DNA of 64,000 bases from Terrimicrobiaceae bacterium (lineage in GTDB: Bacteria; Verrucomicrobiota; Verrucomicrobiia; Chthoniobacterales; Terrimicrobiaceae): NCBI GenBank assembly GCA_041752695.1, contig JBGSVZ010000085.1:96001-160000 (forward strand). The letters run 5' to 3'. A program made the translations under genes and the position numbers. Numbering within the stretch: the first letter of the stretch is position 1; every line of letters starts with the position of its first letter. The notes beneath the pieces were generated by a model. That model ran no database searches. It worked only from the letters and a program-made list of their open reading frames with translations, and was not told the DNA's origin. This document shows positions 29,102 to 38,349 of the stretch, piece by piece.

Positions 29102-30628
29102 ATGCGTCGCCTTTCCGTCCTCCTGTCCCTGGCTGCCCTCCCGGCCTTCGCCGCAGAACCGACCCTCAGCATGGACCGGGTCCGGGCCGCCGTGACGGAA
29201 CTGGAAAAATTCACCCTCACCGAGATGTCGGCCACGGGAATTCCCGGAGTCGCAATTGCCGTGGTGTTCCAGGATGAAGTCATCTTTGCCAAAGGCTTCG
29301 GGGTTCGGGAGGTGGGCAAAAAGGATCCCGTCGATGCGGATACCGTTTTTCTCCTCGCCTCCGTCTCCAAACCCATCGGCACCACCGTCGTCGCCGCCAC
29401 CGTCGGCGACGACAAGGTTTCTTGGGACTCGCGCATCAGCGATCTTGATCCCGGCTTCGCCCTGTCCGAACCATGGGTCACCCGCGAAATCACGGTGCGG
29501 GATCTCTACGCCCACCGCAGTGGACTGCCCGATCATGCGGGAGACTTGCTGGAGGACATCGGATTTTCCCGCGCCGAAGTGCTCCACCGCCTGCGCTACC
29601 AGCAGCCGAACAGTAGCTTCCGGTCGGCCTACGCCTACACGAACTTCGGCCTTACCCAGGCCGCGGTCGCCGTCGCCCGAGCCGCGGGAAAATCGTGGGA
29701 CGACCTTTCGGAAGAGCGGCTTTATCGTCCGCTCGGCATGACGTCCACCAGTTCACGCCATGCGGATTTTCTCGCCCGAAAAAATCGCGCCCTTGGCCAT
29801 GTCCTTGAAAATGGCCGGTGGGTGCAGAAGTTTCAACGCAACCCCGATGAACAAAGCCCCGCCGGCGGAGTCAGTTCCTCGGTCAACGACCTGACCAAAT
29901 GGATGCGGCTGCAACTGGCGGACGGCCACTGGGCGGGCCAGCCCCTCGTGGCCCAGGCGGCTCTGGCGGAAACCCACCACCCGCAAATCCTCACGGGGTT
30001 CAGTCACACCACAGGCCTGCCCACGTTTTACGGCCTGGGCTGGAATGTGAGTTACGACCCACAGGGGAGACTGCGTTTGTCGCACTCCGGCGCCTTTAGC
30101 ATGGGCGCGGCGACCGCGGTTTTTCTGGTGCCCGCGGAACGCCTTGGTGTGGTGATCCTGACGAACGCGGCACCCCTGGGCGTTGCCGAAGGCCTGGGCA
30201 TGACATTCCTTGATCAGGCCCTCTCGGGCGCTCCCACGGCGGACTGGCTCACCCTCTACAAAGGGGCCTTCGCCCAGATGGAAAAAGCCGACGCCGCGCG
30301 CATCGCGGACTACACGAAACTCCCTACGGCTCCCTCCCCGGCCGGACCCGCCGCCAGCTATCGCGGCACCTACTCCAACGAGGTCTTCGGGGAGATCACC
30401 ATCACGGAAAAGGACGGCACCCTCACCCTCGGCATGGGACCGAAGAACGCGCCCTATCCCCTGACCCATTGGGACCGCGATGTCTTCACCTACCCCAGCG
30501 CGAGCGAAACCTTCGTCGGCACTTCCGGAGTATTCTTCACCAGGGGCCCCGACGGACGAGCCACCAGCGCCATCGTGGAAAACCTCAACCGGCTGGGCAA
30601 CGGCACATTCCTGCGCAAGGCGGATTAA
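29102..30628 (+). CDS. Secreted serine hydrolase (beta-lactamase class C/PBP-like) with DUF3471-like C-terminus
   Basis: Signal peptide from ATG 29102; ASVSK (SxxK), YAYTN (YxN), HSG. Confidence 0.85.
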   Translation: MRRLSVLLSLAALPAFAAEPTLSMDRVRAAVTELEKFTLTEMSATGIPGVAIAVVFQDEVIFAKGFGVREVGKKDPVDADTVFLLASVSKPIGTTVVAATVGDDKVSWDSRISDLDPGFALSEPWVTREITVRDLYAHRSGLPDHAGDLLEDIGFSRAEVLHRLRYQQPNSSFRSAYAYTNFGLTQAAVAVARAAGKSWDDLSEERLYRPLGMTSTSSRHADFLARKNRALGHVLENGRWVQKFQRNPDEQSPAGGVSSSVNDLTKWMRLQLADGHWAGQPLVAQAALAETHHPQILTGFSHTTGLPTFYGLGWNVSYDPQGRLRLSHSGAFSMGAATAVFLVPAERLGVVILTNAAPLGVAEGLGMTFLDQALSGAPTADWLTLYKGAFAQMEKADAARIADYTKLPTAPSPAGPAASYRGTYSNEVFGEITITEKDGTLTLGMGPKNAPYPLTHWDRDVFTYPSASETFVGTSGVFFTRGPDGRATSAIVENLNRLGNGTFLRKAD

Positions 30629-30633
30629 CGAAA

Positions 30634-31998
30634 ATGTCTGCCCCTGCGGCCAGGTTGTGGTATTGGCTGCGCGCAGTGAAGTCTCTCTCTGCGCCGACCG
30701 CACGACCATTTCTGACCCTGCTCTGCCTGGGTGTGCTGTCCGGGTGCGCGGCATTCCGCCCCGAGCCCGCCGCAGACCTGTCCCGGCCGACCGGTGACGG
30801 CGCGCTGGCCCCGCTCACTGCCAGCGGACCCAAATCGCCCGCCCGGCTTCAATTGGAAGTGATGGATTTTTCCGACCGTTACGTGAACGGGATGTGGGCG
30901 GAGATTGACACCACCTTTGCCGGTGACCCCGACCGCGCGAAACGCGTCGCCGCCCTCTCCTGGAAACTGCGCTACGGCTCGGCCTCCATGGAAATCGCCA
31001 GCGGGGCCGATCCGCGCACCAACCTGCTCGACATGGCGATTTTTATTTCAGCCGGCGAATGGGCGCTCGACCGCTACTGGATTCCGGAGGTTTTCGGCGG
31101 CAAAGCGGATGGCCTGCGCCGCCACTATCGCGAGATGAACAAACTCGTCTGGGATCTGGTGGCCGACACGCTCACGGAAGAACAAACCCGGCTGCTGCGC
31201 TCCCTGGTTGATCAATGGATCGCGACCGACCCGAAGCAATTCGAAGTCTCGTCCATCCGATTTCGGAATCTCGAAGGGGTGAATCCCGAGGATTTCCGAA
31301 AGGAAAAATCCGCCCGCGGCCTCCTGGCCAGCGTGCGCCGCTGGCTGGGCGAGGTGAACACGTCCCTGCTCTTCGGCGAACGCGTGCTTTTTTACGTCGA
31401 ACGCACCCCCCGCATTCTCAACCAACAAACCGACCTCACCCTGGCGCAAATCGCCCACGATTTTCCCATCACCACCTTCCAACCCGATCTCAATCTCCTC
31501 ACCGGCTATCTCGACACCCTGCCCGAACGCCTCCAGGCCGGGATCGATGAAAATCCCTGGCTCGCCAACGACCTTCTTCCGGGCGTGGGAGCAACCATTG
31601 CCGACGCCCGACAACTTGTCACGAGCTCGACCGCACTCGTCGCCTCCGCCACGGAACTTTCCGCCAGCGTCAATGCCAGCGTGGATCGCCTTAACGCCCT
31701 CGCGGTCACCGCCGGACAATCCGGCGGCCCACCCATCGACTACCAGGCCACCCTCACCCAGGCCGTGACCGCGCTGTCCAAGCTCGACTCCAGCGTCGCC
31801 GGACTGAACCAACTCCTCGCGACCGACGACACCGGCGGATCCAAACTCTCCACCCTGGTCGACGGCCTCGACGGACGCACCGAAGCCATGCTCGACCGCG
31901 CCTTTGAACGCGCGCTCTGGCTGATGGGGCTGTTTTTCGCAGGGATCGCCCTGCTCCTCCTGCTGGCCCGCTTGTTGTTCCCGCGCAAATCTTCCTAA
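30634..31998 (+). CDS. Hypothetical lipoprotein with helical stalk and C-terminal TM helix
   Basis: Lipobox LSGC; C-term ALWLMGLFFAGIALLLLLARLLF; start could be GTG 30676. Confidence 0.7.
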   Translation: MSAPAARLWYWLRAVKSLSAPTARPFLTLLCLGVLSGCAAFRPEPAADLSRPTGDGALAPLTASGPKSPARLQLEVMDFSDRYVNGMWAEIDTTFAGDPDRAKRVAALSWKLRYGSASMEIASGADPRTNLLDMAIFISAGEWALDRYWIPEVFGGKADGLRRHYREMNKLVWDLVADTLTEEQTRLLRSLVDQWIATDPKQFEVSSIRFRNLEGVNPEDFRKEKSARGLLASVRRWLGEVNTSLLFGERVLFYVERTPRILNQQTDLTLAQIAHDFPITTFQPDLNLLTGYLDTLPERLQAGIDENPWLANDLLPGVGATIADARQLVTSSTALVASATELSASVNASVDRLNALAVTAGQSGGPPIDYQATLTQAVTALSKLDSSVAGLNQLLATDDTGGSKLSTLVDGLDGRTEAMLDRAFERALWLMGLFFAGIALLLLLARLLFPRKSS

Positions 31999-32029
31999 GA
32001 GGAGGGACGACCTTTGCCTTCGGCCACCC

Positions 32030-32845
32030 CTATTTCGGTTCCGAGCTCTCCCCGTCCTCCGGCTCCTCATCTTCGATCTCATGGCGCATCGCTTTTGAGA
32101 TGAACGGCCGCACAAAGCCGTAAATGAGAAACAGCACGAACAGGATGGCCGGCATCCACTCGTAGAACATCGCGCTGAAAACCAGCACCACGATAATGAG
32201 GAGAAACCGCGGGATCGAGCGCTGCGACCGCCAGCCAAGGCCCTTAAAACTCGGGTACCGCACATGACTGAACATCATGAACGAAAGAAAAAGCATCAGC
32301 CCCGCCAGGGCATATTTCCAATTGCCAATCTCCTTCGATCCCTCCTCCATCCAGAGCATGAACAGGGTTAGCGACGCGATCAATCCGGCGGCGGCCGGAA
32401 TGGGGAACCCGATAAATTCGTCGGTCTGCTTCTCGGTCTTGGACGCTGCATAGCAGTTGAATCGCGCCAACCTCAGCACGCCACAAAGCAGAAAGACGAA
32501 CGCGATCAACCACCCCGTACGGTAAAAATCCCGCAGCACAATCTGATAGACCAACAACGCCGGAGCCATGCCGAACGACACCACGTCGGCTAGGGAATCA
32601 AACTCCCGACCGAATGGACTCTCCGTGCCCCCGAGCCGCGCCAGCCGCCCGTCGAGAAGGTCAAACACGCAGGCCCCCAGAATGAAGATGAGCGCTTGAT
32701 GATAGAGATCGACCGCCGAATGCCCCTGTTTGATCGCCAGCGCCGCTTCGATGATCCGCAGCACCGCGGCAAACCCGCAGAAAAGATTTCCCGCCGTCAT
32801 CAAGTTCGGCAGGAGATAAATCTTCGGTTCTTCCTCGTCGTTCAT
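32030..32845 (-). CDS. pssA: CDP-diacylglycerol--serine O-phosphatidyltransferase
   Basis: LPNLMTAGN, DLLDGRLAR...FGREFDSLADVVSFG, LRLARFN. Confidence 0.95.
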   Translation of the reverse strand: MNDEEEPKIYLLPNLMTAGNLFCGFAAVLRIIEAALAIKQGHSAVDLYHQALIFILGACVFDLLDGRLARLGGTESPFGREFDSLADVVSFGMAPALLVYQIVLRDFYRTGWLIAFVFLLCGVLRLARFNCYAASKTEKQTDEFIGFPIPAAAGLIASLTLFMLWMEEGSKEIGNWKYALAGLMLFLSFMMFSHVRYPSFKGLGWRSQRSIPRFLLIIVVLVFSAMFYEWMPAILFVLFLIYGFVRPFISKAMRHEIEDEEPEDGESSEPK

Positions 32846-33486
32846 GATGCCATCCGCGCCACCGCGGTTTCCCCGCCAAGCACGCGATCCCCGACCTTGA
32901 CCAAAATCTCCGCATCGAGGGGGAAATCCACTTCCGTGCGCGACCCGAACCGGATCATGCCGAATCGCTCACCGCGCTCCAGCCCGTCGCCCACTTGTTT
33001 CCAGGGACAAATCCGCCGCGCGATCGCCCCTGTGATCTGCCGCACCACCACCGAGGCCTTCGGCCCCTGGATCACCCACGTGCGCCGGGCGTTCACCTTC
33101 GACGACTCCGGGTTCCTCGCATCAAGGTATTTCCCGGTGAACGGCTCCGAATGGGTCACCTCCCCGGCAATGGGAGCGCGATTAATATGCACGTCGAAGA
33201 CGGACAAAAAAATCACCACCCGGCGAACCCGGGCATTCAGGAATTCCGTTTCCTCCGTCTCAAAGACATCCATGACCAAACCGTCGGCCGGCGCTACCGC
33301 CAGCTTTTCGTCCGCCGGGGGCACCCGCTTGGGATCCCTAAAAAAATACAGGGTAAAGAGAATCAGCAGCGCAAAAACGACCGACACCAGCGGCAGCAGG
33401 GCCATCGTGGCGAGCCAGCACACCGCCAGCACAGCCAAAATCCAGCGGGCTTCTTCGAGAGCGCGATACTTCATCGCGGGCATCAT
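32842..33486 (-). CDS. psd: Phosphatidylserine decarboxylase proenzyme
   Basis: FFRDP.R, APADG, FDVHINRAP, IRFGSRT cleavage motif. Confidence 0.95.
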   Translation of the reverse strand: MMPAMKYRALEEARWILAVLAVCWLATMALLPLVSVVFALLILFTLYFFRDPKRVPPADEKLAVAPADGLVMDVFETEETEFLNARVRRVVIFLSVFDVHINRAPIAGEVTHSEPFTGKYLDARNPESSKVNARRTWVIQGPKASVVVRQITGAIARRICPWKQVGDGLERGERFGMIRFGSRTEVDFPLDAEILVKVGDRVLGGETAVARMAS

Positions 33487-33528
33487 AAAAACTTTGCGCC
33501 CCGCGGCCAGCGGATTATCGCATTCCCT

Positions 33529-33587
33529 GGTCGGACGCTATTCCCTCAAGCGCCGTCGTCGGAGCTTTGGGGACAACGCTCCCTACC
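33529..33587. repeat. Degenerate inverted REP-like doublet
   Basis: Left GGTCGGACGCTATTCCCTCAAGCGCCG versus reverse complement of right arm GGTAGGGAGCGTTGTCCCCAAAGCTCCG. Confidence 0.4.
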
Positions 33588-33640
33588 GATCCGTAATTCC
33601 CGCTGTTGAAATCCCCCCGCCACCCGCTAACCTGCCTGTT

Positions 33641-34174
33641 GTGACCGCATCAGCAGAAATGACGATGGCCGACCTTCTGGCCGAATACCCCGGCGCACAG
33701 CGTGCGCTTTTTCGTGCCTACCATATCGGCGGCTGTTCCAGCTGCGGCTTCCGGCCCGACGAAACCGTGGGCGAAGTCTGCCGGCGCAACGACAACCTCG
33801 ACCCCGACGACGTCCTCACAACCGTTCGTACCGCCTGGGAACAGGACGAAGCCATGATGGTTTCGCCCGCCGCGCTAAAAGCCCTCCTCGACGCCGGCAC
33901 GGTGGAGATTCTCGATATCCGCACGAAGGAGGAACGCGAAGCGGTGCACATCGCCGGCACCCGCCATTTCGACCAGACCCTCATGCAGGAAGTCCTCGCC
34001 TCCCGACCGAAGGACAGCCTCCTCGTCATCCTCGACCACACCGGCACCCGCTCGCTGGACGCCGCCGCGTATTTCGCCGGTCACGGCTTCACCAATGTCA
34101 AATGCCTCCGCGGCGGAATCGACGCCTGGAGCGAACAGATTGACCCCAACCTTCCCCGCTACTCTCTCGAATGA
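33641..34174 (+). CDS. CxxC (DUF1858-like) domain fused to rhodanese-like domain
   Basis: LFRAYHIGGCSSC; LDIRTKEE, DHTGTRS, LRGGIDAWS; start GTG 33641 or ATG 33659. Confidence 0.75.
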   Translation: MTASAEMTMADLLAEYPGAQRALFRAYHIGGCSSCGFRPDETVGEVCRRNDNLDPDDVLTTVRTAWEQDEAMMVSPAALKALLDAGTVEILDIRTKEEREAVHIAGTRHFDQTLMQEVLASRPKDSLLVILDHTGTRSLDAAAYFAGHGFTNVKCLRGGIDAWSEQIDPNLPRYSLE

Positions 34175-34629
34175 ACGACGACCTCGAATCCAAAATCCAA
34201 GCCGCCCTGCAAAACCCGCAGAATGTCGGCGAAATGGACGGCGCCGATGCGGTTGGCACCGTCGGCAGCGAAAACTGCGGCGACATGCTCCGCATGTGGG
34301 TGAAGTTTAAGGAGGAGAATGGCCGCAAAGTCATCGACAAGGCCACTTTCCAGACCTTCGGCTGCCAGACCGCCATCGCCGTCGCCAGTGTCGCCACGGA
34401 ACTTATCCGCGGCAAAACCTCCGCGGAAGCCCTCGCTCTGTCCGGCGAAGAACTCGCCTCACCGCTCGGCTCCCTGCCGCCCATGAAAATTCATTGCGCC
34501 CAACTCGTCGAAGGGGCCTTGAAAAACGCCCTCACCGGCGAAACCGCCCCAGCCGCTGCACCCATGGCCCCCACCCTGATGGACCAACTTTCCGGCCCTC
34601 AACACGTAAAGATCGTCCTGAAAAAATAA
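34171..34629 (+). CDS. IscU/NifU-N type Fe-S scaffold
   Basis: NCGD, TFGC..AIA, LPPMKIHCAQL: three Cys plus His. Confidence 0.88.
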   Translation: MNDDLESKIQAALQNPQNVGEMDGADAVGTVGSENCGDMLRMWVKFKEENGRKVIDKATFQTFGCQTAIAVASVATELIRGKTSAEALALSGEELASPLGSLPPMKIHCAQLVEGALKNALTGETAPAAAPMAPTLMDQLSGPQHVKIVLKK

Positions 34630-34631
34630 GA

Positions 34632-34705
34632 ACCGCGGATGACACGGATGGCGCGGATAAAAACATGCTCTTCTCCCTATCCGCCCTATCCCTTTAATCC
34701 GCGGT
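34632..34705. repeat. Palindromic element built from 9-mer units
   Basis: accgcggat gacacggat ggcgcggat ... tatccgccc tatcccttt aatccgcggt. Confidence 0.75.
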
Positions 34706-34752
34706 CAAAAACGCCTTTCTCCTCCTTAAAACATAAGACTTAAAACTTTCCC

Positions 34753-35295
34753 ATGGAAAACCGCGAAATCTCTCTCTCCCGCGACTGCGACGCCATCCAG
34801 ATCCCGAGTGGACACCCCATCGTCCTGCCCGCGGGCATGGGCGTTGTCATCACCCAATCCCTTGGCGGCACCTACACCGTCGCCACTCCCGGCGGCCTCG
34901 CCCGCATCGCTCTCGATGACGTGGACGCCCTCGGCCTTGACCCGGCGGCCGAAGCCCAACAAGCCGCGGTCAAAATCGGCGGCCCCACCGAGGACGCCGT
35001 CTGGTCCCAGCTGAAGACCGTTTTTGATCCCGAGATTCCCGTCAACGTGGTGGACCTCGGCCTCATTTACGACTGCAAGCTCGACAAAAAAGAAGCAGGC
35101 GGCACCAACGTCCTTATCCGCATGACCCTCACGGCCCCCGGCTGCGGCATGGGCCCGGCCATCGCGGCGGACGCCCGCCAAAAAATCCTCGCCGTCGAAG
35201 GCATCGACGAAGCCGAAGTCGAACTCGTATGGGACCCGCCATGGAGCCAATCCATGATCAGCGAAGAAGGCCGGATGAAGCTGGGGTTGGTGTAG
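34753..35295 (+). CDS. sufT: Fe-S cluster assembly protein SufT (DUF59)
   Basis: ITQSLGGTYTV, DPEIPVNVVDLGLIY, MTLTAPGCGMG, LVWDPPW. Confidence 0.88.
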   Translation: MENREISLSRDCDAIQIPSGHPIVLPAGMGVVITQSLGGTYTVATPGGLARIALDDVDALGLDPAAEAQQAAVKIGGPTEDAVWSQLKTVFDPEIPVNVVDLGLIYDCKLDKKEAGGTNVLIRMTLTAPGCGMGPAIAADARQKILAVEGIDEAEVELVWDPPWSQSMISEEGRMKLGLV

Positions 35296-35308
35296 GCGTC
35301 ATCCCGCT

Positions 35309-35887
35309 TTAATCCCTCCGGCTGTACCGCGCAGGCCGCTTGATCTCGGAACGGTCAGCCATATTCCGAAATTTCCAGAACCGCTCGAAATCGTCGGACA
35401 CAAAGTAGTGCCGAGGCTCGCCCGCGACATTCGTGTACGAAATCGAGAATGTCGTCCCATGTCGCGAGCCAATAGTGAAGGCATCCTCTGGCTGAGGAGC
35501 GGTCAGCGTGCCTTCAGCAACGAGTTCGCGAAAGACACTCCTGACATCATCCTGGCGTTTAGCCCCCAAGTCACTCTTGCTGAACCCAAGGAGAATGGGG
35601 GAAGCGCACCAAAGCAGGCAGAGATACACCACGCAGCGTAATGCGAATCGCGTCAACAAAGGACGTTGCAGAACCGACGCTCCACTCCACATCAACAAAC
35701 CAAGGAACGACGTTATGGCGAGACCCATGGTGAAATAGGGCTTGCCGTGGAACAAATCTGGAAAAAAGACTGGCCCGATAAATGAACCGATGGCGAGCAC
35801 CTGGACCAGCAACAGGGCATAAAGAAGGATCCTCCATCCGAGGTCAGCGGTCGGCCACTGCTCCAAAGGGGGATCCTGCGAGGACAT
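35309..35887 (-). CDS. Hypothetical membrane protein (about 3 TM)
   Basis: Open frame with three hydrophobic segments; visibly lower GC than neighbours; start uncertain. Confidence 0.5.
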   Translation of the reverse strand: MSSQDPPLEQWPTADLGWRILLYALLLVQVLAIGSFIGPVFFPDLFHGKPYFTMGLAITSFLGLLMWSGASVLQRPLLTRFALRCVVYLCLLWCASPILLGFSKSDLGAKRQDDVRSVFRELVAEGTLTAPQPEDAFTIGSRHGTTFSISYTNVAGEPRHYFVSDDFERFWKFRNMADRSEIKRPARYSRRD

Positions 35888-36012
35888 GGGTGGAGGTTTA
35901 GCAACGAGGCGAGGTATTGTCGAGCGGGCGCTCTTCAGTGTGGGCCGCACATGCCAAACGGGACGTTTTCCGTTGGCTTGCAAAGCGCACCTGGTCCGCC
36001 TAAAGGTTCCTT

Positions 36013-36588
36013 ATGGCCAGTGCCCTTCGAGCGGACTATTTCGTGAGCGTGGAGGATTACCTCTCGGGAGAGAGAATCAGCCAGCAGAAGCACGAATATC
36101 TAGCGGGGATGGTGTATGCCATGGCAGGAACAACGATCAATCATGATCGGATCGCCAATAACATCATTTCCTCCCTCCATGCCCAGCTTCGCGGCAAACC
36201 ATGCGAGGTGTTTTCGTCGGATGTGAAAGTGCGCATCCAGCGCGACGCGGCGAACTTTTTCTACTACCCAGACGTGACGGTGGATTGTTCAGGCGCCACG
36301 GGATCCTCACTGTATGCGGAACAGCCAAAAGTCATTTTTGAAATCACATCGCCGGATACGGAGCGAGTGGACCGCGGCGAAAAGCTTCGCAACTACCAGT
36401 CCCTGCCCACCCTCGATGTCTATGCAATTTTGGACCAGTTCCACATCGCCGTGAGTATCTATCGCCGCACTCCGGCAGGATGGGTTCATGAGTTTCTGAC
36501 GGAACTGACGGACGTGCTCGACCTCGTGCCCATTGGCTGCAATCTGGCAATTTCAGCCGCCTACGAACGAACGGGCATCCGCGTTTGA
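36013..36588 (+). CDS. Uma2/DUF820 family PD-(D/E)XK protein
   Basis: KHEYLAG.VYAMAG...H, YYPDVTVDC, EITSPDTE..DRGEK...Y. Confidence 0.9.
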   Translation: MASALRADYFVSVEDYLSGERISQQKHEYLAGMVYAMAGTTINHDRIANNIISSLHAQLRGKPCEVFSSDVKVRIQRDAANFFYYPDVTVDCSGATGSSLYAEQPKVIFEITSPDTERVDRGEKLRNYQSLPTLDVYAILDQFHIAVSIYRRTPAGWVHEFLTELTDVLDLVPIGCNLAISAAYERTGIRV

Positions 36589-36611
36589 GACGTCGGACCC
36601 ACCACCCTCTC

Positions 36612-38249
36612 TCATGCCGGATTTGCCAGCGGAAGAAATTGAAACGCCGTGCCGTCGAAGAGCCCCTGGTCGCTGAGCTTTAATTCGGGGATGACGAGGA
36701 GCGCCATGAAGGAAAGGGTCATGAGGGGAGCACGCAAGGGCGAGCCCAGTTCGCGGGCAAAGGCTTCCACCGCCGCATAACCGGTGGCGGCCTCCCCGGC
36801 GGTGAGGTCGGACATCAACCCGGCAATCGGCAGCGGCACGACACGCTCTGCGTCGGGAGACACCGCGCAGACCCCGCCACAGTTGGCAACAAGGAGGTTA
36901 ATGGCGCGGCAAAGCGATTCGTCGTCTGCTCCCACGGCAATGATGTTGTGAGAGTCGTGGGCGACGGATGAGGCGATGGCACCACGCGTGAGGCCGAAGT
37001 TGGTCACAAACGCCAGGGCGGGGGTGGCGGAGGGATGGTACCGGCTGAGGACGGCAATCTTGAGAAAATCGCGGGACGGGTCCGCGCACAATTCGCCATC
37101 TTGCGGAACCATCAGGTGGGTCTCCCGCCCGGTGACCAGCTGTCCATCCTCGACGGCGATCACTTCGACGCTGGCCGTGGGGTGCGGGCACGGGATGCGA
37201 AGGGCGTCGGCAGTGATGGGGACGGCCGCGAAACGATTGACCAGAGCAGGCGCGGTGAACGGCACGAGGGAGGCGCCGCCTTCCGCAACGAGGCGGCCGT
37301 TCACATAGGTCTGGCGGACGGGAAAATCGGTCAGGTTTTCCACGACAAGAAAATCCGCCGGATCCCCCTGGCGAAGAAGGCCAACAGACAGACGGTAATG
37401 TTCCACCGGATGGCGGCAGGCAATGCGCAGGGCCGTGATAGGATCGAGCCCCGCAGCCACCGCCCGGCGGACAAGGAGGTTGATGTGGCCGAGAGCCAGC
37501 GAGTCGGGATGGAGGTCGTCGCTGCAAAACATACACTGCCCGGGATGGGAGAAGAGAAGCGGTTCGAGCGCATCGTAGTTGCGCGCCGCGGAGCCTTCAC
37601 GAATGAGAATCTTCAGGCCCGAGGCCAGTTTGTCGTGCGCCTCTTCGAGGCTGGTGCATTCGTGATCGGTGGTAATCCCGGCCGCCGCGTAAGCCGCCGC
37701 CTGCGGGTTGCGGAGCTGCGGGGCGTGACCGTCCACCGGCTTGCCGGCAGACCGGGCCGCCGAGATTTTGGCCAGGAGGTCCGGGTCGCCGCGCAGCACG
37801 CCCGGATAGTTCATCACCTCACTAAGAAAGAACACGTCGGGCCGGGTCAGGAGCTCGCCCACCGCCGCCGCATCGAGCGTGGCTCCGGCCGTCTCAAACC
37901 CCGTGGCCGGAACGCAGGAAGGCGCGCCGTAAAAAATCTTCAGGGCCGCACCGCGGCTCTCGCGAATCATGTAATCCACGCCCTCGACCCCAAGAACGTT
38001 GGCAATCTCGTGCGGGTCCGAGACCGTCGCGACCGTGCCATGAACCGACGCCGCACGGGCGAATTCCGCCGGGGATAACATCGAACTCTCAATGTGAATG
38101 TGCGCATCGACGAATCCGGGGATGAGAAAATGCCCAAACTTTTCCTGGCTCGGATCGATGCGAAGGATACGACCGTTTTCCACAAAAACCTCCCCGGCAA
38201 AAATCTCGCCCCGAAAAAGGTCCACGATGTTGCCCCGAACGCCGAACAT
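36612..38249 (-). CDS. ade: Adenine deaminase
   Basis: DAHIHIESSM, DPHEIANV, DGHAP, TDHEC, IREGSAA, SSVAHDSHN. Confidence 0.93.
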   Translation of the reverse strand: MFGVRGNIVDLFRGEIFAGEVFVENGRILRIDPSQEKFGHFLIPGFVDAHIHIESSMLSPAEFARAASVHGTVATVSDPHEIANVLGVEGVDYMIRESRGAALKIFYGAPSCVPATGFETAGATLDAAAVGELLTRPDVFFLSEVMNYPGVLRGDPDLLAKISAARSAGKPVDGHAPQLRNPQAAAYAAAGITTDHECTSLEEAHDKLASGLKILIREGSAARNYDALEPLLFSHPGQCMFCSDDLHPDSLALGHINLLVRRAVAAGLDPITALRIACRHPVEHYRLSVGLLRQGDPADFLVVENLTDFPVRQTYVNGRLVAEGGASLVPFTAPALVNRFAAVPITADALRIPCPHPTASVEVIAVEDGQLVTGRETHLMVPQDGELCADPSRDFLKIAVLSRYHPSATPALAFVTNFGLTRGAIASSVAHDSHNIIAVGADDESLCRAINLLVANCGGVCAVSPDAERVVPLPIAGLMSDLTAGEAATGYAAVEAFARELGSPLRAPLMTLSFMALLVIPELKLSDQGLFDGTAFQFLPLANPA

Positions 38250-38349
38250 ATCGTGATCGTAGGGAAATCAACCCCCCGGTTCCCACTCTTAATTGAAAAA
38301 AACTCCCCTTGGCGCGCCCCCCACGCCGCCCGTATCGTAGAGGGTTCAC

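Noticed and set aside
29102..30628. Beta-lactam resistance gene
   Set aside because: Generic serine hydrolase architecture; no support for true AmpC activity.
32696..33640. Long N-terminal extension of the rhodanese fusion
   Set aside because: Antisense to psd/pssA; recognisable domain starts near 33641.
36013..36588. Anti-phage defence system
   Set aside because: A lone Uma2 gene is common; no methylase or partner genes.
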